57,694 nucleotides of DNA from Chthoniobacteraceae bacterium. GTDB lineage: Bacteria > Verrucomicrobiota > Verrucomicrobiia > Chthoniobacterales > Chthoniobacteraceae. Location: NCBI GenBank assembly GCA_037190965.1, contig JBBCKI010000059.1, forward strand, positions 1 to 57,694. The letters run 5' to 3'. The notes under the pieces are model-generated. The model made no database searches. It was not told where the DNA came from and saw only the letters and a list, made by a program, of their open reading frames with translations. The stretch's first letter is position 1. Each line of letters begins with the position of its first letter. Below are positions 1 through 9,683 of the stretch, one piece after another. A program made the translations under genes and the position numbers.

Positions 1-27
1 CAAGGCTCTCCGGCAGAAGCTGGCGTT

Positions 28-40
28 GCGAGCGGTCTAC
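28..40 (-). repeat. Partial GTAG-type REP arm at window start
   Basis: gcgagcggtctac matches the end of the REP arm at 44164-44191. Confidence 0.4.
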
Positions 41-122
41 TCCGGCAATGAATCTCATCGCCCTTCATCCTGATCTCCCTCTCTCAGGCTTTCAATGACG
101 TAGGTGTGTTTTCACACAGTCT

Positions 123-140
123 CAGAGTTTGGGAACGAGG
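123..140. repeat. Remnant of CTCGTTCCC-type repeat
   Basis: cagagtttgggaacgagg is identical to 9635-9652. Confidence 0.55.
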
Positions 141-297
141 AGGGGGTGAGGCGGGGAGCAAAGCCAAATCGGATACGACAACAAGAAATCCTAGGTTTTC
201 CCAATGTTTTGCCGTTGAAAACCATCATTCAAGGGAGGAGAAAAGCAGCTTGTCTTGTTTTTCAACATTTCACCAATAATCGATAACTTACCCTTCC

Positions 298-1047
298 ATG
301 AGCCACACTCTTAAATTCGGCGTCCAGAGCTATTGCTTCCGCCAGTTTCGCGATAACACGGTCGTCGCCCAGAAAATCCGCGGGATCGGGCTCGACCAGG
401 TGGAGATTTGCGCCATCCACGGCGACTTCAGCAACCCGGAGGCTTTCGTCCGCGACGTGGCCCCTTATCAGAACGCGGGGATCTCGATCATCTCTCTGGG
501 GGTTCAGACCTTCGAGGGCAAAGAGACCGAGCGCGCCTGGTTTGAGTGCGCCGCCGCCGTGGGCGCGAAGCATATTTCGGCTCACTTCAAGCCGGACAGC
601 TATCTGACGGCCATCCCCAAGGTCCGTAAATGGAGCCGGGAGTTTGGAATCCGCGTGGGCATCCACTGCCATGGCGGTTATACCTTCGGCGGTTCACCCG
701 ACGTGATCGACCACCTGATCGGCCTTGGCGGGCCGGAGATCGGCATTTGCATCGATACCGCCTGGGTCACCCAGATCGGGCCATATCTCGGAAAGCCCGT
801 CGAGTGGGCCAAGCGTTACGCGGGCAGCATCTATGGGGTCCACTTCAAGGACTTCACCTATGCCCGCAATGGTCAGTGGGAAGACGTCATCGTCGGCACC
901 GGGAACGTCGATCTGCCCGCCTTTGTGCAGGCGCTCAATGAGGGCGGATTCGACGGCATGGCCGTGGTCGAATACGAAGGCGACGCGGAGAACCCCGACC
1001 CCGCGCTCAAGAAGTGCGTGGAGTCGATGCGCGCGGCGATCGGGTAA
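298..1047 (+). CDS. Sugar phosphate isomerase/epimerase (xylose isomerase-like TIM barrel)
   Basis: 249 aa; CIDTAW, GVHFKD, VGTGNVD, VVEYE motifs. Confidence 0.85.
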   Translation: MSHTLKFGVQSYCFRQFRDNTVVAQKIRGIGLDQVEICAIHGDFSNPEAFVRDVAPYQNAGISIISLGVQTFEGKETERAWFECAAAVGAKHISAHFKPDSYLTAIPKVRKWSREFGIRVGIHCHGGYTFGGSPDVIDHLIGLGGPEIGICIDTAWVTQIGPYLGKPVEWAKRYAGSIYGVHFKDFTYARNGQWEDVIVGTGNVDLPAFVQALNEGGFDGMAVVEYEGDAENPDPALKKCVESMRAAIG

Positions 1048-1055
1048 GGCTTCCT

Positions 1056-2186
1056 TTACTCCACGAGGCGGAGGACCTTCCCTCCGCCGTAGTCGAGCAC
1101 GTAAAGCTCTCCCTCCCTGTCTTCGCCAAAGGCGCTGATGTTGAAGGGGACGGAGAGCAGCTCGGCGTCAAAAGTCACGGGCTTTCCGTTGCCCTCGCAG
1201 CGGAGAGCCCAGATTTTGCGGCTGGCAAAATCGCCGTAAATGTAGAGCCCTTCGAGTGCCGGGAATTTCCGGCCACGATAGACATAGCCGCCCGTCACGC
1301 ATTGGCCGATATCGCGACCGTAGTCTTTGATCGGGTCGATCATCGGCCCCTTTGCGGGTTCCGCCCGTTCGGGCTTGAAATCGTGCGCGCCTTCCCGGGC
1401 GCTCCACCCGTAGTTCCCGCCTTTTTCAACAAGGTCGATCTCCTCCCATTTGTTCTGGCCGACATCCGCCGCCCAAAGCTGGCCGGTCTTGCGATCGAAG
1501 GAGAATCTCCACGGGTTGCGCAACCCGAAGGCCCAGATTTCCGGCTTGGCGTCCGCCTTGCCGACAAATGGATTGTCTGCGGGGACGCGATAAGGCGCGT
1601 CGGAGTCGACATCGATGCGGAGAATCTTACCCAACCACGTGTTCAGATTCGGCCCGTTCTGGTGGGGATCGCCGCCTGAACCGCCATCGCCCACGGCAAT
1701 GTAGAGCATGCCGTCCGGGCCAAACGCCAACTGACCGCCGTTGTGATTGGCGTAAGGCTGGCGAAACCGGAGGATTTCTTTTTCCGTGGTCGGGTCGGCT
1801 TTCATCGCCGTGGGCCGGGCGTGAAATTCGGAGACAACCGTTTCCAGAGGACCATTCTTGACCGTGGTGTAGTTGACAAAGAAACGCCCGTTCTCCGCAA
1901 AGCGCGGGTGGAATACGATGCAGAGCAAGCCGCATTCGCCGCCCTCTTTCACCCGCTCGACGATGTCGAGATAAGGTTCCCGTCGTAGCTGCTCAACGAC
2001 GGCGATCCGCACCTTGCCTGCCTGTTCCGTAACAAAGAGCCGCCCAGTGCCGTCGTCTGCAAAGGAGGTCGGTTGCTCCATTCCCGAGAGAAACGAAACG
2101 GCCCGCAGGGAAGGGGTTGCGCTTTGCGCGAAAGCAACGGGAAGCATCGCCAGCACGAGAACGGAAACCAGGGGGAGCCTGCGCAT
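1056..2186 (-). CDS. PQQ-dependent glucose/sorbosone dehydrogenase family protein, secreted
   Basis: Signal peptide; NHNGGQLAFGPDGMLYIAVGDGG and GLRNPWRFSFD motifs. Confidence 0.9.
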   Translation of the reverse strand: MRRLPLVSVLVLAMLPVAFAQSATPSLRAVSFLSGMEQPTSFADDGTGRLFVTEQAGKVRIAVVEQLRREPYLDIVERVKEGGECGLLCIVFHPRFAENGRFFVNYTTVKNGPLETVVSEFHARPTAMKADPTTEKEILRFRQPYANHNGGQLAFGPDGMLYIAVGDGGSGGDPHQNGPNLNTWLGKILRIDVDSDAPYRVPADNPFVGKADAKPEIWAFGLRNPWRFSFDRKTGQLWAADVGQNKWEEIDLVEKGGNYGWSAREGAHDFKPERAEPAKGPMIDPIKDYGRDIGQCVTGGYVYRGRKFPALEGLYIYGDFASRKIWALRCEGNGKPVTFDAELLSVPFNISAFGEDREGELYVLDYGGGKVLRLVE

Positions 2187-2265
2187 GGCGGCGATCTTAG
2201 GAGCCTCGTTGCTTTGGGCAATGCGGAAGTATCATCCCGGACTCCGGCCAGCGGCGGATAGGCGA

Positions 2266-2427
2266 GGTAGTCCGCTCGCGCCGTCGAGCGCGGGTATCAA
2301 TGAAGAGTCGCATTGGGCGCTCATTCCCGCGGGACGGCCTACCGGGTTTGGGACGCGGCCCTTATGAAGCCACGGGAGCCGAACCCCGCGCTCGACGGCG
2401 CGAGCGGGCTACCGGTGCTACCGCACC
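2266..2427 (-). repeat. REPIN-like element copy 1 (two inverted GTAG REPs, conserved spacer, terminal mini-hairpin)
   Basis: GGTAGTCCGCTCGCGCCGTCGAGCGCGGG at 2266-2294, inverted copy at 2385-2413, GGTGCTACCGCACC at 2414-2427. Confidence 0.85.
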
Positions 2428-2620
2428 ATTTTCCTTTATCCTTCCATAAACCCAGTGATCCACCATCGAGCTACCACTGAAACACCGAAGAACCTGGTGA
2501 TCTGAAGCAATTTGTTGGGCCGGGAGCGCCTTTTGTCAGAGACTCAGGGTATCTAAAAATACAAAAACGCTTTGCCGCACAAGAGGGGCCGCTTATAACG
2601 AATCGCACACTCCCACCCCA

Positions 2621-5600
2621 ATGAGTTCCAAATCCTCCGGCGCACGTACCTCCCGCAACAAAGTTCTTCCTCCATCCCCAGAGCCCGAGTCTTCCCAAAC
2701 CAAGACGAAGAAACTGCTCGTCGCCAACCGCAGCGAAATCGCGATTCGCGTTTTTCGGGCCGCCTCGGAGCTGGATTTGCGGACGGTGGCAATCTACGCG
2801 CAGGAGGACAAGCTCTCCGTGCATCGCTTTAAGGCCGATGAAGCCTACGCGGTGGGCGAGGGGAAAGGGCCGGTGGGCGCTTATCTCGACATCGACGGAA
2901 TCGTCGCGCTGGCAAAAGAGCGCGGGGTGGAATTGATCCATCCCGGGTATGGCTTTCTCTCCGAAAACGCGCAGTTCGCCCGCGCCTGCGCGGCGGCGGG
3001 GATCACCTTCGTCGGGCCGAAGCCCGAATTGCTCGAACTGATGGGCGACAAAGTGGCGGCCCGCGCGCTTTGCCAGAAACTGAATGTCCCCACGCTTCCC
3101 GGCACCGAAGATCCGGTGACCGACCGGGCAGTGGCTCTCAAAGTCGCAAAGAAAATCGGTTTCCCGCTCATCATCAAGGCGGCGTTCGGCGGCGGCGGAC
3201 GCGGGATGCGCGTGGTGCACAAGGCGGAGGATCTCGCATCGCTGCTCGATGAAGCCCAAGGCGAAGCCGAACGCGCGTTTGGCAATCCGGCGGTGTTTCT
3301 GGAAAAATATATCCCCCGTGCGAAGCACCTGGAGGTGCAGATCCTCGGCGATAAGCACGGCAATGTGATGCACCTGCACGAGCGCGATTGCTCCGTGCAG
3401 CGCCGCCACCAGAAGGTAGTGGAGATCGCCCCCTCTGTGGGTCTCGAGGACCGGGTGCGCGAAGAACTTTGCGACGCGGCCGTCCGTGTGGCGAAAGAGA
3501 TCGGGTATGACAATGCAGGAACCGTGGAGTTCCTTCTCGATCTCGACACCAACGACTGGTTCTTCATCGAGATGAACCCGCGCATTCAGGTCGAGCATAC
3601 GGTGACGGAGGTGATCACCGGAATCGACATCGTGCGGTCGCAGATTCTGATCGCGCAAGGGGCGGAGCTTCACGGCCCCGAGGTCGCGCTACCCCGGCAG
3701 AAGGACGTCCCGCGCAACGGGTACGCCGTGCAATGCCGCATCACCACGGAGGACCCGGAGAACAAGTTTATGCCCGACTACGGCAGGCTCGTGGCCTATC
3801 GCTCGGCGGCCGGGTTCGGGATCCGGCTCGACGGCGGCATGGGCGACGCGGGGAGCGTCATCACGCCGTTCTACGATTCGCTGTTGGTGAAAGTCACCGC
3901 CTCCGGGCGCTCGTTCCCCATCGCGCTGCAGCGGATGGACCGCGCCTTGCGCGAGTTCCGCATTCGCGGGGTAAAGACGAACATTCCGTTTTTGGAAAAC
4001 GTGATCGCCAACGACACGTTCCGTAGCGGCTGCGCCACCACCACGCTCATCGACACCACCCCGGCGCTTTTCGAGTTCAAGCCGCGCCGCGACCGCGCCA
4101 CCAAGCTCCTCAACTTCCTGGGCGATGTCGTCGTCAACGGCAACCCGCAGGCCAAGGGCCACAAGCCGAAAGGCGCGCTGCCCGCTCCGGCTCCGCTGGC
4201 GTATGATTCGAAGGCCCAGCCGCCCGATGGGACGCGGCAGCTTCTGCTCAAGCTGGGGCAGAAGAAATTCGCCAAATGGGTGATGGAGCAGGAGCGCCTC
4301 CTCATCACCGACACCACCTTCCGCGATGCCCACCAGTCGCTGCTGGCCACGCGCGTCCGCAGTTTCGACATGCTGGAGGCGGCCTCCGCCGTGGCGCACC
4401 GCACGCCTGGGCTCTTCTCCATGGAGATGTGGGGCGGGGCAACCTTCGACACCAGCATGCGCTTCCTGCGCGAAGATCCGTGGCTGCGGTTGCGCGAGCT
4501 GCGCGAGAAGATTCCCAATATCTGTTTCCAGATGCTCTTCCGGGGCTCGAATGCCGTCGGTTATTCGAACTACCCCAACAACGTCGTCGCGGGGTTTGTG
4601 AAACATTCCGCGGAGTCCGGCATCGATATCTTCCGCATCTTCGATTCGCTCAACTACACGCCAAACCTCAAGGTGGCGATGGAAGCGGTGCAGGATACCC
4701 ACGCGATCTGCGAAGCGGCCATCTGCTACACGGGCGACATTCTCGACCCGGCGCGCAGCAAGTATTCGCTCAAGTACTATGTCAAGATGGCGAAGGAGCT
4801 CGTCAAGATGGGCGCGCACATGCTCGCCATCAAAGACATGGCGGGCCTCTGCCGTCCTTATGCCGCGCACGCGCTCGTCAAGGCGCTAAAGGAGGAAGTC
4901 GGCATTCCCGTCCACTTCCATACGCATGATACCAGCGGCGTGAATTCGGCTTCCATCCTCCAGGCATCGGACGCCGGGGTCGACGTCGTCGATCTTGCGC
5001 TGGCTTCGATGAGCGGTTCCACCAGCCAGCCGAACCTCAATTCCATCGTGGCCGCGCTCCAGCACACGCCGCGCGAGACGGGTCTTGACCTTGGCGCGCT
5101 CAACGAATTTTCGGATTATTGGGAGCAGGTCCGCGAGTACTACCAGCCCTTCGACACCTCGCCCAAGGCGGGCAGCGCGGAGGTCTATCTTCACGAAATG
5201 CCCGGCGGGCAGTTCACCAACCTCAAGGAACAGGCTGCCTCAATGGGGCTCGGGCATCGCTGGCCCGAGATCGCGCGCTGCTATGCGGAGGTAAACCTCC
5301 TCTTCGGCGACATCGTGAAGGTGACGCCGTCGAGCAAAGTGGTTGGCGATCTGGCGCTTTTCCTGTTCACACGCGGCATCAAACCGGCGGATGTGGTCAA
5401 CCTCCCGCCCGGCACGCCGTTCCCGGAATCGGTCATCGACATGCTCTCGGGCGGTCTCGGTGAGCCGCTGGGCGGTTGGCCGAAGAAGCTCGTGCAAGTT
5501 GTCGTCGGCGCAGGCAAGAAGGGGGCCACCGCGCCGAAGATCAACCTCGCCGAAACCCGCTCGCAGCTTGCCACCAAACTCAAGCGCGAGGCCAGCGATG

Positions 5601-6127
5601 ACGATCTCTACAGCCATCTCATGTATCCCGAGGTGTTTGCGGAGTTCGCGAAATTCTCCCGCGAATACGGCAACGTCTCAGTGCTTCCGACGCCCGCATT
5701 CTTCTACGGGCTGAAGACGGGCGAAGAAATCAGCGTCGATATCGAGGAAGGCAAAACACTCTTCATCAAGCTGATCAACCTCGGCTCGCCTGACAAAGAC
5801 GGCCAGCGGACGATCACCTTCGAACTCAATGGCGTCCCGCGTCAGGTGGTCATTACCGACAAAGCGGTCGGCGGCAAGCCGAAGCAGCGCCTGAAGGCCG
5901 ACCCCGCAGATCCTCTCCAGGTCGGCGCTCCGATCCCCGGCATGGTGACCGCCGTCAACGCCAGCGTCGGCAGCCGCGTGGCCAAGGGCGACAAGCTGGT
6001 AACGCTGGAGGCGATGAAAATGCAAACCACCCTCTACGCGCCGCAGGATGGCGTGGTGCTGGAGATTCTCGCCGGGGTCGGTGAGTCGGTGGAGAGCAAA
6101 GACCTGCTTGTGAAAATGAAGAAGTAG
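2621..6127 (+). CDS. pyc: Pyruvate carboxylase
   Basis: 1168 aa; biotin carboxylase (ANRSEIA, HPGYGFLSEN), carboxyltransferase (DTTFRDAHQS, HFHTHD) and biotinyl EAMKM domains. Confidence 0.97.
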   Translation: MSSKSSGARTSRNKVLPPSPEPESSQTKTKKLLVANRSEIAIRVFRAASELDLRTVAIYAQEDKLSVHRFKADEAYAVGEGKGPVGAYLDIDGIVALAKERGVELIHPGYGFLSENAQFARACAAAGITFVGPKPELLELMGDKVAARALCQKLNVPTLPGTEDPVTDRAVALKVAKKIGFPLIIKAAFGGGGRGMRVVHKAEDLASLLDEAQGEAERAFGNPAVFLEKYIPRAKHLEVQILGDKHGNVMHLHERDCSVQRRHQKVVEIAPSVGLEDRVREELCDAAVRVAKEIGYDNAGTVEFLLDLDTNDWFFIEMNPRIQVEHTVTEVITGIDIVRSQILIAQGAELHGPEVALPRQKDVPRNGYAVQCRITTEDPENKFMPDYGRLVAYRSAAGFGIRLDGGMGDAGSVITPFYDSLLVKVTASGRSFPIALQRMDRALREFRIRGVKTNIPFLENVIANDTFRSGCATTTLIDTTPALFEFKPRRDRATKLLNFLGDVVVNGNPQAKGHKPKGALPAPAPLAYDSKAQPPDGTRQLLLKLGQKKFAKWVMEQERLLITDTTFRDAHQSLLATRVRSFDMLEAASAVAHRTPGLFSMEMWGGATFDTSMRFLREDPWLRLRELREKIPNICFQMLFRGSNAVGYSNYPNNVVAGFVKHSAESGIDIFRIFDSLNYTPNLKVAMEAVQDTHAICEAAICYTGDILDPARSKYSLKYYVKMAKELVKMGAHMLAIKDMAGLCRPYAAHALVKALKEEVGIPVHFHTHDTSGVNSASILQASDAGVDVVDLALASMSGSTSQPNLNSIVAALQHTPRETGLDLGALNEFSDYWEQVREYYQPFDTSPKAGSAEVYLHEMPGGQFTNLKEQAASMGLGHRWPEIARCYAEVNLLFGDIVKVTPSSKVVGDLALFLFTRGIKPADVVNLPPGTPFPESVIDMLSGGLGEPLGGWPKKLVQVVVGAGKKGATAPKINLAETRSQLATKLKREASDDDLYSHLMYPEVFAEFAKFSREYGNVSVLPTPAFFYGLKTGEEISVDIEEGKTLFIKLINLGSPDKDGQRTITFELNGVPRQVVITDKAVGGKPKQRLKADPADPLQVGAPIPGMVTAVNASVGSRVAKGDKLVTLEAMKMQTTLYAPQDGVVLEILAGVGESVESKDLLVKMKK

Positions 6128-6174
6128 GAAATCAGAGGGGCGTGGGCAATGGTCGTAGCCGCCGGAGGATTTGG

Positions 6175-6335
6175 GGTGCGGCAGCACCGGTAGTTCGCTC
6201 GCGCCGTCGAGCGCGGGTATCGGCTCCCGCGCCTCCCTTCCAATCGCATCCCAACAAAACCAGCCCCTCCGACGGGGATGGACGCGAAACGCGCCATAAC
6301 GTCTTTTCCCGCGCTCTCGGCGAGAGCGGACTACC
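6175..6335 (+). repeat. REPIN-like element copy 2
   Basis: GGTGCGGCAGCACC followed by REP 6189-6217 and inverted REP 6308-6335. Confidence 0.85.
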
Positions 6336-6414
6336 GGTTTAAAACTATTGCGGGCCTGCACCCAGGAGGCGCAGGCCCGGTTGTTCGGAGGGGGAAATCT
6401 CGAAACGTTTCTTT

Positions 6415-6963
6415 TTACCGATCCGCAACCGCCCCGCGACTCCATGGCGACTTGTGGCGGTAGGAGCCCTTGCTGTCGTAGGAGTAAAACACGAGGTATT
6501 CGTCACGGCTAACCGACGCGGCGGGGATCGGCGTTGGGTTGTTGGTCGGGTCGAGGATCCACCATTTGCCGTTGTTCTGCCACATGAGCCACGCGTGGCT
6601 GATCTTCGAGGTGCGGCGAGCCTTGCCGATGACGTAGCGAACCGAAGGATCGTTCATCTCGTGGGCGAGCCAGAGCGACTTCGCCTTGCAGTCGCCGGCG
6701 CGCTTGGCGGCGGTGACATGGGGCAGCGGGGCGACGTAGGGCGTATCGTAGACGTAACGGAAGTTGTAGCCCTGCTTGGTAAGAGCGGCTACTTTCTGGT
6801 AGCTGGGAGCGCTTCCGTTAAGCTTCCTGAGGACCTGACGGACCGATCCCATGTATTGGTCGTAAGGCGTCGAGGCGGGGCGTGCAGGTGGGAGACCTGG
6901 CGCGGCGAGCAGGAAGGAGCTGCTGAGCGCAAGGATCAGTGCAGAGGTGATCAGTCTTTTCAT
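6415..6963 (-). CDS. Secreted transglutaminase-like cysteine protease (BTLCP-like)
   Basis: Start reassigned to MKRLITSALILAL signal peptide; GDCKAK...HAWL...ILD is a putative Cys-His-Asp triad. Confidence 0.65.
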   Translation of the reverse strand: MKRLITSALILALSSSFLLAAPGLPPARPASTPYDQYMGSVRQVLRKLNGSAPSYQKVAALTKQGYNFRYVYDTPYVAPLPHVTAAKRAGDCKAKSLWLAHEMNDPSVRYVIGKARRTSKISHAWLMWQNNGKWWILDPTNNPTPIPAASVSRDEYLVFYSYDSKGSYRHKSPWSRGAVADR

Positions 6964-7182
6964 TAAGCGGCGGTGGGCTGTCTTGGGTTGGGACAAAGGG
7001 GGATCAGATAAACCCCGATGGCCGAGTCGGGGGTAACGTCTGTTAAAACAAGGGAAGCGCAAGGTACAAAAAACATTTTTTTGCACCGGGAGGATTTTCC
7101 CACCTCGGAGCGCCTGAAGGCCCGTTGACAAACGGGCGTGAAGGGGTAGGGGTATCAAGCCGGGGCCACCGGCATTTCCCCC

Positions 7183-7416
7183 ATGCGGCGCTACCTCGTT
7201 TTCACCTACTATTCCGGCCGCCCGCTGGGCGGATTTCACGATTTCCTCGACTCGTTCTCAACCCTTCCCGAGGCGCTTGACAATCTTCTGGACGAACCGG
7301 GGCGGTATTATCAAGTGCTGGACCGCAATTCGATGAAGGTCGTCAAGCAAGGGTTGACGGTGTTCAAGAACTACCATCCGTCGCAGTTCCGGCGGAGCGA
7401 TCAGCCGCCGCCGTAG
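7183..7416 (+). CDS. Small hypothetical protein (77 aa)
   Basis: ATG ORF with protein-like composition; TTGACA at 7125-7130 upstream; overlaps the queG 3' end. Confidence 0.55.
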   Translation: MRRYLVFTYYSGRPLGGFHDFLDSFSTLPEALDNLLDEPGRYYQVLDRNSMKVVKQGLTVFKNYHPSQFRRSDQPPP

Positions 7417-8449
7417 CGCGTGCTCGAAGCTGCTCGACGGCCCAGCGGGCATGTTCCGCGATGAGCGGCTCGGGATCGACCGCCGCTCGTTCGAGCGCGG
7501 GAATGTCTTCCTCCGTTCCGATATTCCCCAACGCGACGCAAACATTGCGGAGGAAACCGCGCCGCTTGATTCGCTTGATGGGCGAGCCCCGAAAGAGCGC
7601 GCGAAAACCGTCGTCATCCAGTTCCAGATACTCACGGAGAGCGAGTTTGACGCCGGAGCGCGCGGCAAACGCGGCTTCGTGGGAGGCTTGCGCAAAGCGG
7701 TTCCACGGGCAGGCGGCGAGGCAATCGTCGCAGCCATAAATGCGGTCACCGATGAGCGGGCGCAATTCGGCGGGGATGCTCCCTTTGAGTTCGATGGTCA
7801 GGTAGGAAACGCAACGCCGTGCATCGAGCTGCCGCGGCGCGGTGATCGCCCCCGTGGGACAGGCGTTGATGCAGCGGGTGCAGCGGCCGCAACGGTCGGC
7901 GAGGGGCGCATCGGGCGGCAACTCCAGCGTCGTGAGCACTTCGGCCAGGAAAAACCAGGTGCCGAGTTCCGGGTGGATCAGCATCGTGCTTTTGCCGTGC
8001 CAGCCTGCTCCCGCCAGCGCGGCAAAATCGCGTTCCAACACAGGGCCCGTATCGACGTAGAAACGCTGGCGACCCCCATGCTGTTGGAGAAACTCGTCGA
8101 TCGCCCGAAGCTTCGGTTCGATGAGGTCGTGATAGTCATCATTCCACGCATACCGGGCAATGCGTCCGCGGGGGCGGGCATCCGGTTTGGGTTCCTCCGG
8201 CCCCTGCCAGTAGTTCATGGCGAGGACGACGACGCTCTTGATGCCCGGCAGGACCAGTTCGGGATCGGTGCGGCGATCCTGGTTGCGTTCCAGCCATGCC
8301 ATTTCGCCCGCGCGTCCGTCCGCAAGCCATTCGCGAAACGCCTCAGCGTGAGGCGGCAGCCCGGCCGGGGCCACGCGGCAGAGGGCAAAACCGAGCGAGC
8401 GGGCGAATTCCTCCAGGCTGCTCTTTACCGTGCTGCCGTCGGTGTTCAT
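7364..8449 (-). CDS. queG: tRNA epoxyqueuosine(34) reductase
   Basis: IARYAWNDDYH, VDTGPVLER, CGRCTRCINACPTGA, GCDDCLAACPWN; start set at MNTDG. Confidence 0.95.
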   Translation of the reverse strand: MNTDGSTVKSSLEEFARSLGFALCRVAPAGLPPHAEAFREWLADGRAGEMAWLERNQDRRTDPELVLPGIKSVVVLAMNYWQGPEEPKPDARPRGRIARYAWNDDYHDLIEPKLRAIDEFLQQHGGRQRFYVDTGPVLERDFAALAGAGWHGKSTMLIHPELGTWFFLAEVLTTLELPPDAPLADRCGRCTRCINACPTGAITAPRQLDARRCVSYLTIELKGSIPAELRPLIGDRIYGCDDCLAACPWNRFAQASHEAAFAARSGVKLALREYLELDDDGFRALFRGSPIKRIKRRGFLRNVCVALGNIGTEEDIPALERAAVDPEPLIAEHARWAVEQLRARATAAADRSAGTATDGSS

Positions 8450-8456
8450 CCCGGAC

Positions 8457-8993
8457 TTAGCTTTTGAACCGGCGGAAGGCCTCCTCAAGGATTTCCCCGG
8501 CGACCTCCGCGTGTGTTTTGGTACTGGTGTCCACCTGATGCTGTGCGGCAGCCGCGTAGAGCGGGGCACGCGTTGCCAGCAGGTCGGTGATCGTCTGGCG
8601 CGGGTTGGGCGTCTGCAAAAGCGGTCGACGGGTATTGCGCGAGACGCGCTCGAAAATCGTCGCCTCGTCCGCCATCAGGCCAAGGGTAAAGCCGAGTTGA
8701 TGGAGCAGGGGAATGTTCTTCTCGCGGGTGACGATGCCGCCGCCGGTCGCGACGACGAGAGACTCTTTGCCAAGGAGAGAGGCGAGGGCCGCGGATTCCA
8801 TGTCGCGAAAGGCCTCTTCGCCATGTCGCTCAAAGATTTCCGTGATGGGCATTCCTGCCGATTGCACGACCATGGCGTCGGTGTCGACGAACTGGAAGCC
8901 GAGATGAGTCGCCAGCAGGCGGCCGACGGATGATTTCCCGCTGCCCATGAAGCCTACGAGGACAAGGTTGGTGGATAAAGTTTGCTCACTCAT
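8457..8993 (-). CDS. aroK: Shikimate kinase
   Basis: GFMGSGKSSVG, GEEAFRDME, VATGGG, RPLL. Confidence 0.93.
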   Translation of the reverse strand: MSEQTLSTNLVLVGFMGSGKSSVGRLLATHLGFQFVDTDAMVVQSAGMPITEIFERHGEEAFRDMESAALASLLGKESLVVATGGGIVTREKNIPLLHQLGFTLGLMADEATIFERVSRNTRRPLLQTPNPRQTITDLLATRAPLYAAAAQHQVDTSTKTHAEVAGEILEEAFRRFKS

Positions 8994-9037
8994 GGGGTTG
9001 GCGAACGTAGGCGGCGAGGCTGGATGCGTCAATGGCT

Positions 9038-9430
9038 TCATTCGCTGACCTTTCCGCGCAGTTTCTTCACGGAGCCCCGCTTCTTCTTGGAATCAAGGAT
9101 GCGCCGTTGAACTCCGCGAGGCCTCGGGCGGTTTTGGCGGCGAATCTTCTCCCGCTCGGCCTGCCGCTCCATGCGCAGCGCCCGACGTTTTTCTTCAAGG
9201 GCTTCCACGAGACGCTCACGGGCGAGTTGGCGGTTCATCGCCTGTGAGCGGGAGTCCTGGACCGTTACGGCGGTGCCGCTGGGCGCGTGCCTGAGCGTGA
9301 CGGCGGTGGAGACTTTGTTGACATGCTGCCCGCCGGGGCCGGAGGAACGAGCAAAGCTCTCCTCGATCTCCTCCATGGCGATCCCAAGGCGCGCCAGTCG
9401 CGAGGCAAAGTCGGGGCGGGAGGCAGTCAT
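9038..9430 (-). CDS. arfB: Ribosome rescue peptidyl-tRNA hydrolase ArfB/YaeJ-like
   Basis: SSGPGGQHVNK, RSQAMNR and a basic C-terminal tail. Confidence 0.85.
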   Translation of the reverse strand: MTASRPDFASRLARLGIAMEEIEESFARSSGPGGQHVNKVSTAVTLRHAPSGTAVTVQDSRSQAMNRQLARERLVEALEEKRRALRMERQAEREKIRRQNRPRPRGVQRRILDSKKKRGSVKKLRGKVSE

Positions 9431-9496
9431 GGGCCGAGTTTACCGGCGGATGCGATAAAATGGCACCCATAAATTATAGGGGCCATGTTCGCGAAT

Positions 9497-9655
9497 TTTC
9501 CTCGTTACCAATCTCCAGATTGGTAATGCCATTGTCCTCGAATCTCTGATTCGAAAGCCTTGTCATTTCATGCAGGGTGCAGGAACGGATAAGGGTTGCG
9601 AAACTGGAGTTTCGAAGACATGGGCGTTCCCAAACAGAGTTTGGGAACGAGGAAA
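9497..9655. repeat. CTCGTTCCC-type REP doublet/MITE-like element
   Basis: Arms TTTCCTCGTTACCAATCTC... and ...GAGTTTGGGAACGAGGAAA are imperfect ~55-bp inverted repeats, each with two internal hairpins. Confidence 0.75.
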
Positions 9656-9683
9656 TATGATGAGATTTTTCTGACTCGAAACA

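Noticed and set aside
2471..5617. Long antisense ORFs over pyc (400 and 393 aa), and similar ones over queG, the autotransporters, nagA and SNF2
   Set aside because: Shadow ORFs expected from GC-rich codon bias opposite clearly identified genes; no recognisable motifs
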